A DNA stretch of 63,652 bases, the filler included, from Octopus bimaculoides (taxonomy: Eukaryota), in assembly GCF_001194135.2 (NCBI RefSeq). It is 7 parts of 6 records of this genome, joined end to end, with 100 filler letters (N's around TTAATTAATTAA, not from the genome) between each part and the next. Parts side by side here need not be neighbours in the genome. Positions count along the whole stretch, not along the records: positions 1 to 15,710 come from NC_069009.1; 6 more parts are not named here. One strand, 5' to 3'. Shown piece by piece: positions 1 through 13,076 of the stretch. The translations under genes were made by a program, and so were the position numbers. Under the pieces are notes generated by a model. It made no database searches. It worked only from the letters and a program-made list of their open reading frames with translations, and had not been told where the DNA came from. Numbering within the stretch: position 1 is the stretch's first letter; every line of letters begins with the position of its first letter.

Positions 1-330
1 AAATTTGATTTATTCCTCACTAAAGAATCTTCGGTTTCATTATTATTGTTATTATTAATATTAGTGGTGAAGAATTCGACAAGTCGTAATTTGCGACAGA
101 ATTTCTGGATATCTCCCTTTAGTTCATGGTGGTTGACTGTTGGTGTAGGTGTAAATTTCAGGCCTTTTAACAGAAGTTGGGTTTCATCATTGTCAAGATC
201 TCTTCTGGAAAGATTAATTATCTTAGGATCTATATGTCCAGTTGTTTTGGGTATGTTACCTCTTGGAGTGTTTCTTTCTCCGGTGTTTGTTGTCCTGACA
301 TTAAAAAATGAATTTTTTTCTGTTTATGGT
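1..330 (-). mobile_element. Penelope-like retroelement ORF, N-terminal fragment (runs off window start)
   Basis: Manual minus-strand translation gives ...KIINLSRRDLDNDETQLLLKGLKFTPTPTVNHHELKGDIQKFCRKLRLVEFF..., matching the NLS..L...E..LL.KGL.F.PTP...D...F.RKLRL motif I recognise upstream of PLE reverse transcriptases. Family call is from motif recall, not a database search. Confidence 0.55.
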
Positions 331-825
331 TACTATTTTTGTTGATGTTGATTTGAAGTTTGTGTTTCCGTTGTGTTATTTTACCTGGTGTTGTTATGTC
401 TGCCGTCCTATTTTCAGAATTATAATCTTCTTTTTCAATTTGTAAGTATTGGTTTTAGTGATCTGAGAGGATGGTCTGGTATTGTTTCCGGTTCTAGGTC
501 GGTTTTTTCCCGTTTTTTGTAGGTAAAACATTCATATATATGTATATACACATTCATATATATATATATATATATATACAAATGATATATAAGCGTATGC
601 ATGTATACATACATATATTTACATACCTACATCTACATGTATATATAGATGCATATTAGGGTACAGGACGTTGGAAAAATGAACGGGAACATAATAACAA
701 AATATATATATACTGACATATATATATATTTAGCGCATAAATTTAGCACATAAATATATGGCTGATGCACACGCATATACGTATATACATACATACACAC
801 GCACATACACACACACACACACACA

Positions 826-868
<43 letters not shown>

Positions 869-1742
869 ATATACTAGTTTAAAACTAGCTCCTGTCGATG
901 GCTCTTCATTAGGCCTTGGGTCCTACAAGAAAACTTCATGCAGTGAGTACATATTAAATTTTATTAATCTTGAACAATATTTTTCAATCAATGAACAATT
1001 TTCATCAGAAGAATAATATATAATTTGTCGACTTGGAAAGTATTGCAAAGTTGCATCATAAACAGTATTTTTTTGTCCTCTCTTTCTGTTGATTGTTTTG
1101 AACCATCACCATCACTAGTACCGCCACCAACACCACCACCACAACTGCCATACATACACCATTCAGATTTCTGACGCCACCACCAACAATACATTTGACT
1201 TCGCCGCTTTCGCTGCCTACCGCTCCACCACCAACACGACTACTTTTAATAAAACATCATCAACTATCCTTAAATTTATTTGTCTCTTTCTCTCTCTATT
1301 TTTTTTTGTTTCTCTCTGTGTCTTCGCCACCGACCTCACCGACCGCTATGCCTACTATTACTCTCACACCACCATGAGGAATAGTATGCGTGTCATTGAA
1401 TAGTGAGAGAGGGGGGTCAAAGTGCGACACACTGACACACAGAAATTAGTTTTCACATTTATTATGTTAGACATATATATNNNNNNNNNNNNNNNNNNNN
1501 NNNNNNNNNNNNNNNNNNNNNNNNNNNNNNNNNNNNNNNNNNNNNNNNNNNNNNNNNNNNNNNNNNNNNNNNNNNNNNNNNNNNNNNNNNNNNNNNNNNN
1601 NNNNNNNNNNNNACACATATATATATATACCGTGCCAACGGCGGTCGAGCACGGGTCAGTCGGTCCTAAGAAGCGGGTGAAAGCTTCCACGAAAGGCGCC
1701 GGATCCGTCACGAAAGCGATAGTAGCAAATATGTGTGTGTGT

Positions 1743-1783
<41 letters not shown>

Positions 1784-2045
1784 TGTGTGTGTGTGTGTGT
1801 ATAACATTTAAAGAAGGATAAAATCTTTATAAGAATTTATCTAGTAGTCAGCATGAAAAAACCACATAAGGGAAGACTATAAGTGTTGCCTTTAAATATA
1901 TTTATTTATATTAAGGACATCCTCATCATCATCTTCATTATCTTTTACATTCCCTTCTTTTCAAGCAAGTGTCTAGCGATATAATTTAATAATTTATGAG
2001 AATGTTTTTCTATATGATTGTTCTGAACGCAGTTTTATGTTTTAG

Positions 2046-2117
2046 GTATTTGTATCACAATAAAATCACAAAAATTCATCCACGCATCTACGAAAATCTT
2101 CCGAATTTAGAAACACT
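2046..2117 (+). CDS. LRR exon E1: YLYHNKITKIHPRIYENLPNLETL
   Basis: ttttatgttttag acceptor, gtaagt donor at 2118, 72 nt, LRR consensus. Confidence 0.85.
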
Positions 2118-2235
2118 GTAAGTAGAGTCACTTTTCTTCACGTTATTTCATTCTTCATGTATGAGAATGAATCCTCCTCCTTTTCTTTTTCTTCCTCTCG
2201 TTCTTCTTTTTCTTTTTCTTTTTCTCCTTCTCCTT

Positions 2236-2268
<33 letters not shown>

Positions 2269-5200
2269 CTTCTTCTTCTTCTTCTTCTTCTTCTTCTTCT
2301 TCTTCTTCTTCAGCTTCTCCTCCTCCATCTTCGTCTTATTTTCTTGTTTCTTCTTCTTTATCTTCATCTAGTGTCATTTTTTCTTGTCTTTCTTCTTTTC
2401 TACCTTATCCTATTTTTTCTTCTCCTCATCCTCCTATTTCTTTTTATCCTGCTTCTTCTTGTTCTTCTTTTCGTCCTTATTCCTCCTGTTATTTCTTCTT
2501 CTACTTCATCTTTTTCTTTTCTTCCTACTCCTTCATCTTCTTTTACTTCTTCACATTCTTTTTCTTTTTCTTCTCCTCCTCCTCCTCCTCCTCCTTCTTC
2601 TTCTTCTGCTTCTTCTTCTGCTTCTTTTCCTTCTTCTTCTTCTTCTCTTTCTTCGTCTTCTTGTATTTCTTAGTTTTGTCCAATATCTTCATCTTCCTCC
2701 ATTATTTTTTTCATTTTTTTGTTCCATCTTTTACTCCTTCTTCATCCTGCTTGTGTTCTTCATCTTCTGTCATTTATTTTCTTCTTTATCGTCTATTTTC
2801 TTCGTCTTTCACTCCTACATCTGCATCGTCTTCCTCCTCTTCGTCTTTCTCTCCTACTTCTGCTTCGTTTTCTTCCCCTTCTTCCTCTCCGTCCTCTTCC
2901 TCTTATTCTTCTTTTTGTTCTTCTCCATCTTCTTGTTCTTGTTCTTCTTTGTCTTCCTGTACTGCTATTTCAATTTCCTCTTCCCACTGCTCTTCTCCTT
3001 CCTATTCTTTTATGTCTTCATATTCTTACCTTTCCATCTTTTTCTGAATCTTTGTCTTCTCTTTTGTGTTCCTTATCTACTATCATTCCTTCTCTTTCAA
3101 ATTTTCCCCTACATTTTCCTCATTGTTCTACTTCTTTTTCCCCTTCTTCTTCTTCCGCTCTTTCTTCTTCTTCTTCTTCTTCTTCTTCTTCTTCTTCTTC
3201 TTCTTCTTCTTCTTCTTCTTCTTCTTCTTCTTCTTCTTCTTCCACTTCTTCCTCTTTCTCTTCTTCTTCTCCTCCTCCTCCTCCTTCTTTTTCATAGATT
3301 TCTCTCTCGTCCCTTTCTTGCACATGTCCTCCGTTCTTTCTCGATTATTCTTATCGAAATCGTTTTCATTATCACACCCTGAGTCATCATAATTAATAAC
3401 ATCGTTATCACTCTCATCATCACCATCATCATCTTCACCACAATAATCAGCACTAGCATTCGTATCACTATTAGCAGTGAGCATCGTCCTCATTTTCTGT
3501 GGTCAAAATATCTTCCTCCACAATCACCATCATCACCACCAACACTAACATTACCGTCGCATCATCATTTCCATTATCCTCATTATCGTCTTCATCAATA
3601 ACATCTTTTTCTTCTTTATCTTCTTCTTAACTGAATTTTATGTCACAGGAATTTGCGGGATAATAATATCGTGGAAATCAAAATAGAAACCTTCCGAAAT
3701 CTTTCCAGTTTAACACGTCTGTAAGTTGAATCAGTCTTTTACAGTATTTCATTGATGATATATTTCTAAATCTGTAATATCTTCCCATACGTTATTTCAT
3801 GCTCACCCCCCCCTCTTTCTAAAGATGTGTATTATTGTTTGTGAATGTCTATGAATGTGTATGTGGTCCTATATGAGAGTGTGATACGTTAGGGGAAACA
3901 TAGTGCATGCATTTCTATGTCTGCCAACATGTGTGTATTAACATATGTGTGTAAGTCGGTGTTTATATAATATACGGTGTTAAAACCACCATCATCACTA
4001 CAACAACCATCAGCATTATCATCATTACCACCACCACCACACGATCAGCCTCCTCCTCCTCATCATCATCATCTTCTGTATCATCATATCCACCCTCATC
4101 ATCAGCAAACAGTTTCCCAATTTTTAAGGCGTTATATTTAATATGTCATTACGATCCTGATCGACACAAGTTTTTCAAAACTCAATTTTTTGTTACAGAT
4201 ATTTGGAATATAATGATATCAATGAAATTGAACCAGGGGCTTTCGAAACCCTTTTCAAGTTAAGAACTTTGTAAGCTGGATTAGTTTTTTGAATCTATTT
4301 TATTTATGATATAATTCTAAACGTTTAATGTCTTTCCATCCTTTCTTTTTTCTCTCAATCTCCTTGGCATTCTTTGTGAATGTCTGGGAAGTTGAGTGTG
4401 TGTGTGTGTGTGTGTATGTGCGTGTGTGTGTGTGTGTGTATGTGCGTGTGTGTGTGTGTGTGTTTATGACTGTGTGTGGATTTAAGTTTGTGATTCTGTT
4501 AATTAATGTGTATGATTTTGTGTATGTACATATATATAGGTTCCTTTTAGTATGAGTGAAGGTCCACGAGTGTACCGACTTGTGTTTGTATATATTTTTG
4601 TATATCATTTATTGTGTTCTCCATCAACGCTGATTACCATTCATCGCTCTCCGTTCTAATTGCATATTTAGAATGCGATTACTCATGTTTAAATTTTGCT
4701 ATACCTTCCAACTCTTAGTAATTTATTTCATACTTTGCTATTTGTTCATCATCTTGTTAAGCATAAACATTTTCAACCGAAATCAATTGTTCACCCAACT
4801 CTTGTTGTTATCTCCTTTTCCTTATTTTCTTACTTCTTCATTTTCTTCTTCTCCATCCCCCCCCCAGTCTTTCCATCCCTCCTTTCTTCCTCCCATTCCA
4901 CTTCTCCTCCTCCTCCATTTTCTTCTCCATCATTTTTCCTCCCACTCCTTCCGTACCATTACTCTTGTCTCCGTTTTCTTCTTTTTCGTCTTCCCCGTCT
5001 TCTATTTCTCATTTTCTTCCTTTTCTTCTCCTCCTCGTCTTCCTGATTTTTCTCCTTCTGCTCCTTCTCCTTCGTCTCTTCGTTTTCTTTTCTTTTTTCT
5101 ACTTTTTCTTTTCGTTTTTTTTCTTTCTTTTTCTTCTTCTTATTCTTCCTCTCCTCTCCTCCTCCTTTCACTTCTTTTCTTACTCCTATTCTTGTTTTGC

Positions 5201-5362
5201 TTCTTTCTCTTCTTTTTTTCATAGGTTACTTTTCCATACTTTTTTTGAGCATGGTGTTTGTTCTTTCTTGATTTTTCTCATCGAAATCATCTTCAGTATC
5301 ACCTACCTTAGTCATCACAATCAACAACATCGTTACCAATATCATCATCGTCATCGTCATCG

Positions 5363-5396
<34 letters not shown>

Positions 5397-8300
5397 GAAA
5401 GAGTTCTTTGTCATCTTAATATTCTACTTCTTCTTGCTCTTTTCTTCTTTTCTTATTCTTCGTTAGCTATCATTTTTCTCACCTCTTCCTCACCCCCTTG
5501 TTATTTTGAAACTGCTTCATCTTTAACTTCTTAATCTTCATCATATTTCTCGTCTTCTTTTTCCTTATCCTCTTCGCTGTCATCATCATTATCGACGTCT
5601 TCTTCCTTGCCATCATCAGTGCCATCATTTGTATTCTTCGCAATCATCAAGACCATCAAGTATATCATTGCCCTCTTCATCATCAACGTCATTCATAATA
5701 ATAGAACATCCCATTCAGATGAACAATCTTCAACACCATCATCATCACCATGAAAAACATCCCCACAAACTTTGTCATCCTCACCGTAAACGTGCTAATC
5801 CCTATCATTATTAGTTTCCCAAACATTAACATCCTCACCAACATCATCATAATCAGTATCATATTCAGCAACACCATAGACATGCTAATCAAAATAGTCA
5901 ACATAAACATCACCCCATCATTAGAAACGTAATATCTTCGTCTTCAACATTACCGCCATATTTTCTACTCTGACTTATCATTGTTTATATCAATATCACC
6001 CCTCCAACATTATCTCCATCATCATCATCATTAATTTCATCATGATCGTCATCTACTCTCCATCTCTTTCAACATCTAATTAACTAACCATAATATTTAA
6101 CATTCTGCCAAATTTGTTGCATAAAATTTCTAATTTTCTCAATTCTATGTTACAGGAATCTACGGGATAATAATATTACGAATATCAATGTAAGAACCTT
6201 CCAAAATCTTTCCAGTTTAACAGATCTGTAAGTGGAATCACTCTTCCTTTGTAGTGTTTCATCGATATATTTCTAAATCTGTAATGTCTTCTCATCCTTC
6301 TTTTTAAGCGCTAGCATCTGTCTTTACAAAGATGTGTTTTATTGTTTGGGAATATGCGTATGCAAGTGTCGGTACAATTCTAAGTTTTGGAATACATGAG
6401 AGTTCATACATGTGTATGTCTGTGTGTATGGATAAATATGTACGAGAGCATTAACATGTGTGTGTAATTCGGTGTGTATATTATGTACGACTTTTACCTT
6501 TAGATCGACGCTACATAATATCCTTGAATATCCCTTGTATCCCAGTCAGTAAGAAAACTACAATAATATCCCTATCATCTTTCACGTCACCATTGTTCTC
6601 TGTACCGATCATCAGCAACCTCAACTTCGTCATCGTCCTAATCATCATCAACATCATTCATTACTAGTGTAAACAACTCTGTAAGATGAATCAGTCTTCT
6701 TAACAGTATTTCATTGACGATAGTTTTCCAAATATTTAATGTCTTCTCATATTTCGTTATACACTCCCTCACCCCTCTTTACCTTAGGTATATCTCTCTC
6801 TATCAATGTGTGTGCTATTGTATATGAAAGTCAGTGAATGTGAAGGGTCGCTTCTGACAGTTGGTATATATCAGTGGAATACTTGAGTGGATATGTTTAA
6901 AGCATACCTGTGTTTATATCTAAATGTCTGTCTTTGTGCACGGATGAGTGGATGCGAGTATATGAAGATTTGTGTGTAATTCAGTCTGTATATCATGTAC
7001 GTTGTTTCCTTCTAGATCAGCACTGATTGCCATTCAACACATTCTCTAATAGAGATATATTTAGAACAACATAATTAAGTCTCTAATTTTTATACATATC
7101 GTTTTGCTTCTTCTTTTTCTTCTTTTTGACTTCCTTTTGCTGTTATTCTTCTTCGCCTTCTTTGTCTCCTTCATTATTTTTTCTTTTACCCGCCTCCTCC
7201 TCATCCCCTTATCCTTATTCATCTGCGTCATCATTAACTTGTTAATCTTCTTCATAATTTTCAGCTTCCTTTCCATTATCTTCGCCGTCGTCAACATTAT
7301 CACCGTTGTCATCATTCTCGTCCTTATTGTTATTTTTCACAGTAATCAACACCGCCAAGTTCATCATCGCCTTCTTCATTAACAACATTCATTATCATAG
7401 AATACTCCAATCAAATGAACAATCTTCAACACCATCATCTTCGTCGACAAGAGCAACATTCCCACAAATACCATCATCTTCACCATAAAGTTGCTAAGTC
7501 CCATCATTATTAGAATAACCAACATTAACAACATTACCCCTGATCCTCAGCATCATAATATCTTCGTCATCAACATTACCACCATATTTTACTTCTTTGC
7601 CTCATCATCATTTATATCAATATCACCCCTCCAACATTATCTCCATCATCATCATCATACATTTCACCATAATCGTAATCTACTTTCCAACTCTTCCAAC
7701 ATCTAATTGATTAACCATAATATTTAACATTCTGCCAAATTTGTTGCATGAAATTTCTAATTTTCTCAATTCTATGTTACAGGAATTTGCGGAATAATAA
7801 TATCAAAGAAATCAATGAGGGAACCTTCCGAAATCTTTCCAGTTTAACAGATCTGTAAGCGGAATCAGTCTTCTTTTATAGTAGTTCATGGGCGATATAT
7901 TTCTAAATCTTTAAGTTCACTCCATCCTTCTTTTTAATCTCCGACATCTGTCTTTCCAAAGATGTATTTTATTGTTTGGGCATATGCGTATGTGAGTGCG
8001 AGCATATTTCTAAGATTTGGGGTATACGAGAGTGCATGCATGTGTCTTAACATGTGTGTTTAATTATGTGTGTATATTACGTACATTTACATCTAGATCG
8101 ACGCGAAATAACATCCTTGAATATCCCTTGTAGTTGTATATTTAGAACTAGATTCTTAATATACATTTTAAAATACTTTTTGTCCGTTTTTGCTGATGTT
8201 GTTGTAGTTTTTGTTGTTTTTTTTTGTTGATGTTGATATCTTTCTTCTCATTCTACTTCCGCTCCTCCTCGCCGCCATCATTGTTATCGACGTCCTCGTC

Positions 8301-11300
8301 ATCGTTATGGTTCCTATCATCGTTCGGGTCGTCATTGTTATCGGTACCGATCATAAACAACGCCAACTTCGTCATTGTCCTCGTTATAATCGACATCATT
8401 CATTAGTCGTGTAAACAACTCAGTAACTTAAAGCAGTTTCATTAACACTATTTCATTGACGATAGATTTCTAAATATTTAAGGTCTTCTCATACTTCATT
8501 TTAAGCTCTTTACCTCTTTACCTAAGTATTGCTCTCTCTCTCTCTCTCTCTCTCCAAAAGTGTGTGTTATTGTTTGTGAATGTCCGTGAATATGGATGGG
8601 GAACCATTCCTGGGAGTCTTAATATATGAGTATGATACTTGAGGTGAAACGTTTTGTATATACCTGTGTTTATATGAAGATATCTGTCTCTTTCTGAATG
8701 TGAGTGTTTCAAAATGTGACTCTAATACAGTCTATACATCATGTATGCTATTTACTTCTAGAGCAACACTGATTGCCATTCCAAACATTCTCTAATAGAG
8801 TTACATTTAGAACAACCTGATCCATATTTTAATTATGAACATATTTCTTCTTCTTCTTCTTCTTCTTCTTCTTCTTCTTCTTCTTCTTCTTCTTCTTCTT
8901 CTTCTTCTTCTTCTTCTTCATCTTCTTCTTCTCCTTCTTCTTCTCCTCCTCCTCTTCTTCTTCTTCTTCTTCTTCTTTTTCTTCTTCTGCTTTTTCTTTT
9001 CCTTCTTCTTCTTCTTCTTCCTCTCCTCTTCCCCCTCCTCCTTATTCTTCATCTTCATCTTCTTCTTCTTCTTCNNNNNNNNNNNNNNNNNNNNNNNNNN
9101 NNNNNNNNNNNNNNNNNNNNNNNNNNNNNNNNNNNNNNNNNNNNNNNNNNNNNNNNNNNNNNNNNNNNNNNNNNNNNNNNNNNNNNNNNNNNNNNNNNNN
9201 NNNNNNNNNNNNNNNNNNNNNNNNNNNNNNNNNNNNNNNNNNNNNNNNNNNNNNNNNNNNNNNNNNNNNNNNNNNNNNNNNNNNNNNNNNNNNNNNNNNN
9301 NNNNNNNNNNNNNNNNNNNNNNNNNNNNNNNNNNNNNNNNNNNNNNNNNNNNNNNNNNNNNNNNNNNNNNNNNNNNNNNNNNNNNNNNNNNNNNNNNNNN
9401 NNNNNNNNNNNNNNNNNNNNNNNNNNNNNNNNNNNNNNNNNNNNNNNNNNNNNNNNNNNNNNNNNNNNNNNNNNNNNNNNNNNNNNNNNNNNNNNNNNNN
9501 NNNNNNNNNNNNNNNNNNNNNNNNNNNNNNNNNNNNNNNNNNNNNNNNNNNNNNNNNNNNNNNNTCCTCCTCCTCCTTCTTCTTCTTCTTCTTCTTCTTC
9601 TTCTTCTTCTTCTTCTTCTTCTTCTTTTTCTTCTCTCTCCTTTGCTGTGCTTTTCTCTCTCTGATTTTTATTACTTCTTAATATTTTCATATTTCTGTAT
9701 CAATTGCTAGTTTCCCTATTCACTTAATACCTCTAACATTTAAACCACTTCCAATGCCACCAGCTTCATTATCGATGTCTTCATCCTTGTTGCCATCACT
9801 CATCATTCCCATCTTCATCGTAATTTTCTTCAATCATCAATATTATCAAGTTCTTCATCGTCTTCTTCATTATCAACATTATTCATTACCACAAGGTATC
9901 GCGATCAGATGTTCAATCTTCAATATAATCATCATCATCATCAACACCAAGAGAAATATCACAACCAACATCATCATACTCCTTACCATATTTGTTTTCA
10001 CTATAAACATGTAAATTACACTCATTATTAGAATAATCATCATTAACAATATCCCCCCCCCCATCTTCAGCCTCATAACATCTTCGTCATCAATACTACC
10101 GCCATTTTCCCTTCTTTTCTATCTCACTTTCGTATTCATCACATCTTCCCAACATTATGACCACCAACATTATCAAGCTCACCATGATAGTACACTTTAC
10201 TCCTTACTCTTTTACTTGTTTCAGGATTTTGACTGTGGCCATGCTGCAGCACCGCCTTTAGTCGAGCAAATCGACCCCAGGATTTATTCTTTAGAAGCCT
10301 AGTACTTATTCCATCAGTCTGTTTTCCCGAACCGCTAAGTTACGGGGACATAAACACACCAGCATCTCTTGTCAAGAGATGTTGGGGCAAACACAGACAC
10401 AGAAACACATACATATATATATATACATATATACGACGGGCTTCTTTCAGTTGCCGTCTACCACATCCACTCACAAGGCTTTCGTCGGCCCGAGGCTATA
10501 GTAGAAGACACTTGCCCAAGATGGCACGCAGTGGGACTGAACCCGGACCGTGTAGTTAGTAAGCAAGCTATTTACCACACAGCCACTAAGAGATAAAAAG
10601 TCTACTTTTTATCCCTTTCATCATCAAATTGTTTAGCCATTATATTTTACATTGAAAATTGTGTTCCATAAAATTTCATATTAACTCAGTTTTACGTTTC
10701 AGGACTTTGTACAGCAATAATATCACGGAAATCAATGCAGGATCCTTCCAGTATCTGTACAGTTTAACAAACTTGTAAGTTGAATCTGTCTTCTTTTATT
10801 TCATGAACAATATATTTCAAAATCTATAATGTTCCCATCCTTTATTTTATGCCTCCCATGCACGTGTCTTTCGAATGGTGTTTTACTATTTCAGGATACC
10901 TGCGAAGGTGAGTGTTGGCCCAATTTTGAGATTTGAGACATATGAGAGTGTCATACATAAGGGAAAACATTTAGTGCATGCATGTGTATGTCTCTGGTAT
11001 ATGGGTGAATGCATGCGAGTGTATTAACATGTGTGTGTAATTCGGTCTATGTATCATGTATGGTGTGTATCTCTAGATCGACGCTAAATAACATCCTGAA
11101 TGACACTTGCAGTTGTGTATATAGAACTACATCATTCCTGCGCTAATTCTTTTAATATATTGTGTACTTGTTCATGTCATTTTTATTATTATTATTGTTG
11201 TTGTTGTCGTTGTCATTGTTCTTCTATTCCTTCTTCCCCCTCCTCCCCGACATCATAATTATCGACGTCTTTGTCATCATCATGATCACCATCGTCTTTC

Positions 11301-13043
11301 GCATCATCGTTATCTGTACCGATCATCAGCAACCTCAACTTCATCATCATCATCATCTTCATCATCATTCATTACCAGTGTGAACCACTTTATAAGTTGA
11401 ATCAGTCTTCCTAATAGTATTTCATTGACGATAGATCTCTAAGTATTTAATTTCTTCTCATATTTCATTGTAAGCTCCCTCACCCCTCTTTACATAAAGT
11501 ATCACTCTCTCTCTCTCTCTCAAGGTGTGTACTATTGTATGTGAAAGTCTGTGAATATGAGTGTGAGATCATTTCTGACGGTTGGTACATATGAGTGTAA
11601 TACCTGGCGGGAAACATTTAGTGCTAACCTGTGTTTATATGTAAATGTCTGTCTCTGTGAATGGATGAGTGAATGCGAATGAATCAGAATGAATCAGAAT
11701 TCAGTCTGTATATCATGTACGTTGTTCACCGCTAGATTAACGCTTATAGAGGTTTATTTAAAACTACGTAATCTATATTCTAATTTTGATACACATTGAT
11801 GTGTTTTTTTTAATTTTTCTACAATTTTCGTCTTCCTTTTCTCCTTCTTCGCCTATTTTCTTCTTTTCCTTCGTCTTATTTTGTTCTCCTTTGCTGTGCT
11901 TTTCACTCTCTGATTTTCATGATTTCTTAATATTCATATTCCTGTACCAGTTGCTAGCTTCCCTATTCACTTAATACCTCTAACATTTAAATCACCTCCA
12001 ATGCCGCCAACATTTTTATCGATGTCTACGTCCTTGTTGTCATCATTCTCATCATTCTCGTCTCCATTGGAATATTCATCAATCATCAACATCGTCAAGT
12101 TCTTCGCCGTCCCCTTCATTACCAACATCATTCATTACCATAAAGCACCGCGTTCAATTGCTTAATCTTCAACATCATCATCATTATCAAAACCAAGAGA
12201 CATATCATCCCCCAACATTATCATCCTCAGTATAATGTTCTTTATCACTGTAAGCATGTAAATCTTCATCATTATCAGAGTAATCAACATAAACAATATC
12301 AGCTCCATCGTCAGCATTATAACATTATCGTCATCAACATTACTGCTATTTTTCTTCTCTTCTACCTCAGCATCATATTCATCACATCTTCCCAACATTA
12401 TCGTTTACACCGTCATGACGTTCACCACGATCATAGCCTACTTTCCATCTCTCCCATCATCTAATTGTTTAGCCATTATATTTAATATTCTCTCAAATTT
12501 GTTGCATAAAATGTCTTCTTTTCCCAATTTTACCTTACAGGATTTTGTGGGGAAATAATATCCAAGAAATCAAAGTAGGAACCTTTCAAAATTTGTCAAG
12601 TTTAACAACACTGTAAGTTGAATCACTGTTCTGTTATAGTCTTTCATTGACGACATATTTCTAAATCTGAAATATCTTCCCATATTTCATTTAATACTCC
12701 CTCACGCGTCTTTACAAAGAATTGTTATAATTTGTGAATGTGTGTGAAAATGAATGTTGGCCTACTTCTGAATGTTGGTGTATATCAGAATGGGAGAAAC
12801 ATTTACAGAATTCAGGTGTATGTCAATGTGTGAAGATGAATGTAAGCGAATGTATTAATGTGTATGTGTAACACGGCATGCCTATCATGTACAGTACTTA
12901 CTTCTAGCTCAAAACCAAATAACATCTTAGAATATTCATTGTATTTGTAATAGAACTTGGACATGCATACATTAATTTTTAAATATGATCTTTACTTCTT
13001 TTTTCCTTGCTGTTGTTGCACCTATTTGTTTTCTTCTTATTAT

Positions 13044-13076
<33 letters not shown>

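Noticed and set aside
418-441. 24-nt AG...GTAAGT candidate micro-exon
   Set aside because: It lies next to the antisense PLE fragment and has no LRR or other recognisable content.
889-942. 54-nt candidate exon with a GTGAGT donor upstream of E1
   Set aside because: The acceptor lacks a polypyrimidine tract, and the peptide does not resemble an LRR or LRR N-cap. It needs RNA evidence.
3128-3493. Asp/Glu/Lys-rich minus-strand ORF and similar antisense ORFs in the CAT blocks (5689..5913, 12162..12398, 14525..14881)
   Set aside because: They are antisense reads of intronic (CAT)/(CTT) cryptic repeats, and the frame is not conserved between paralogous introns.
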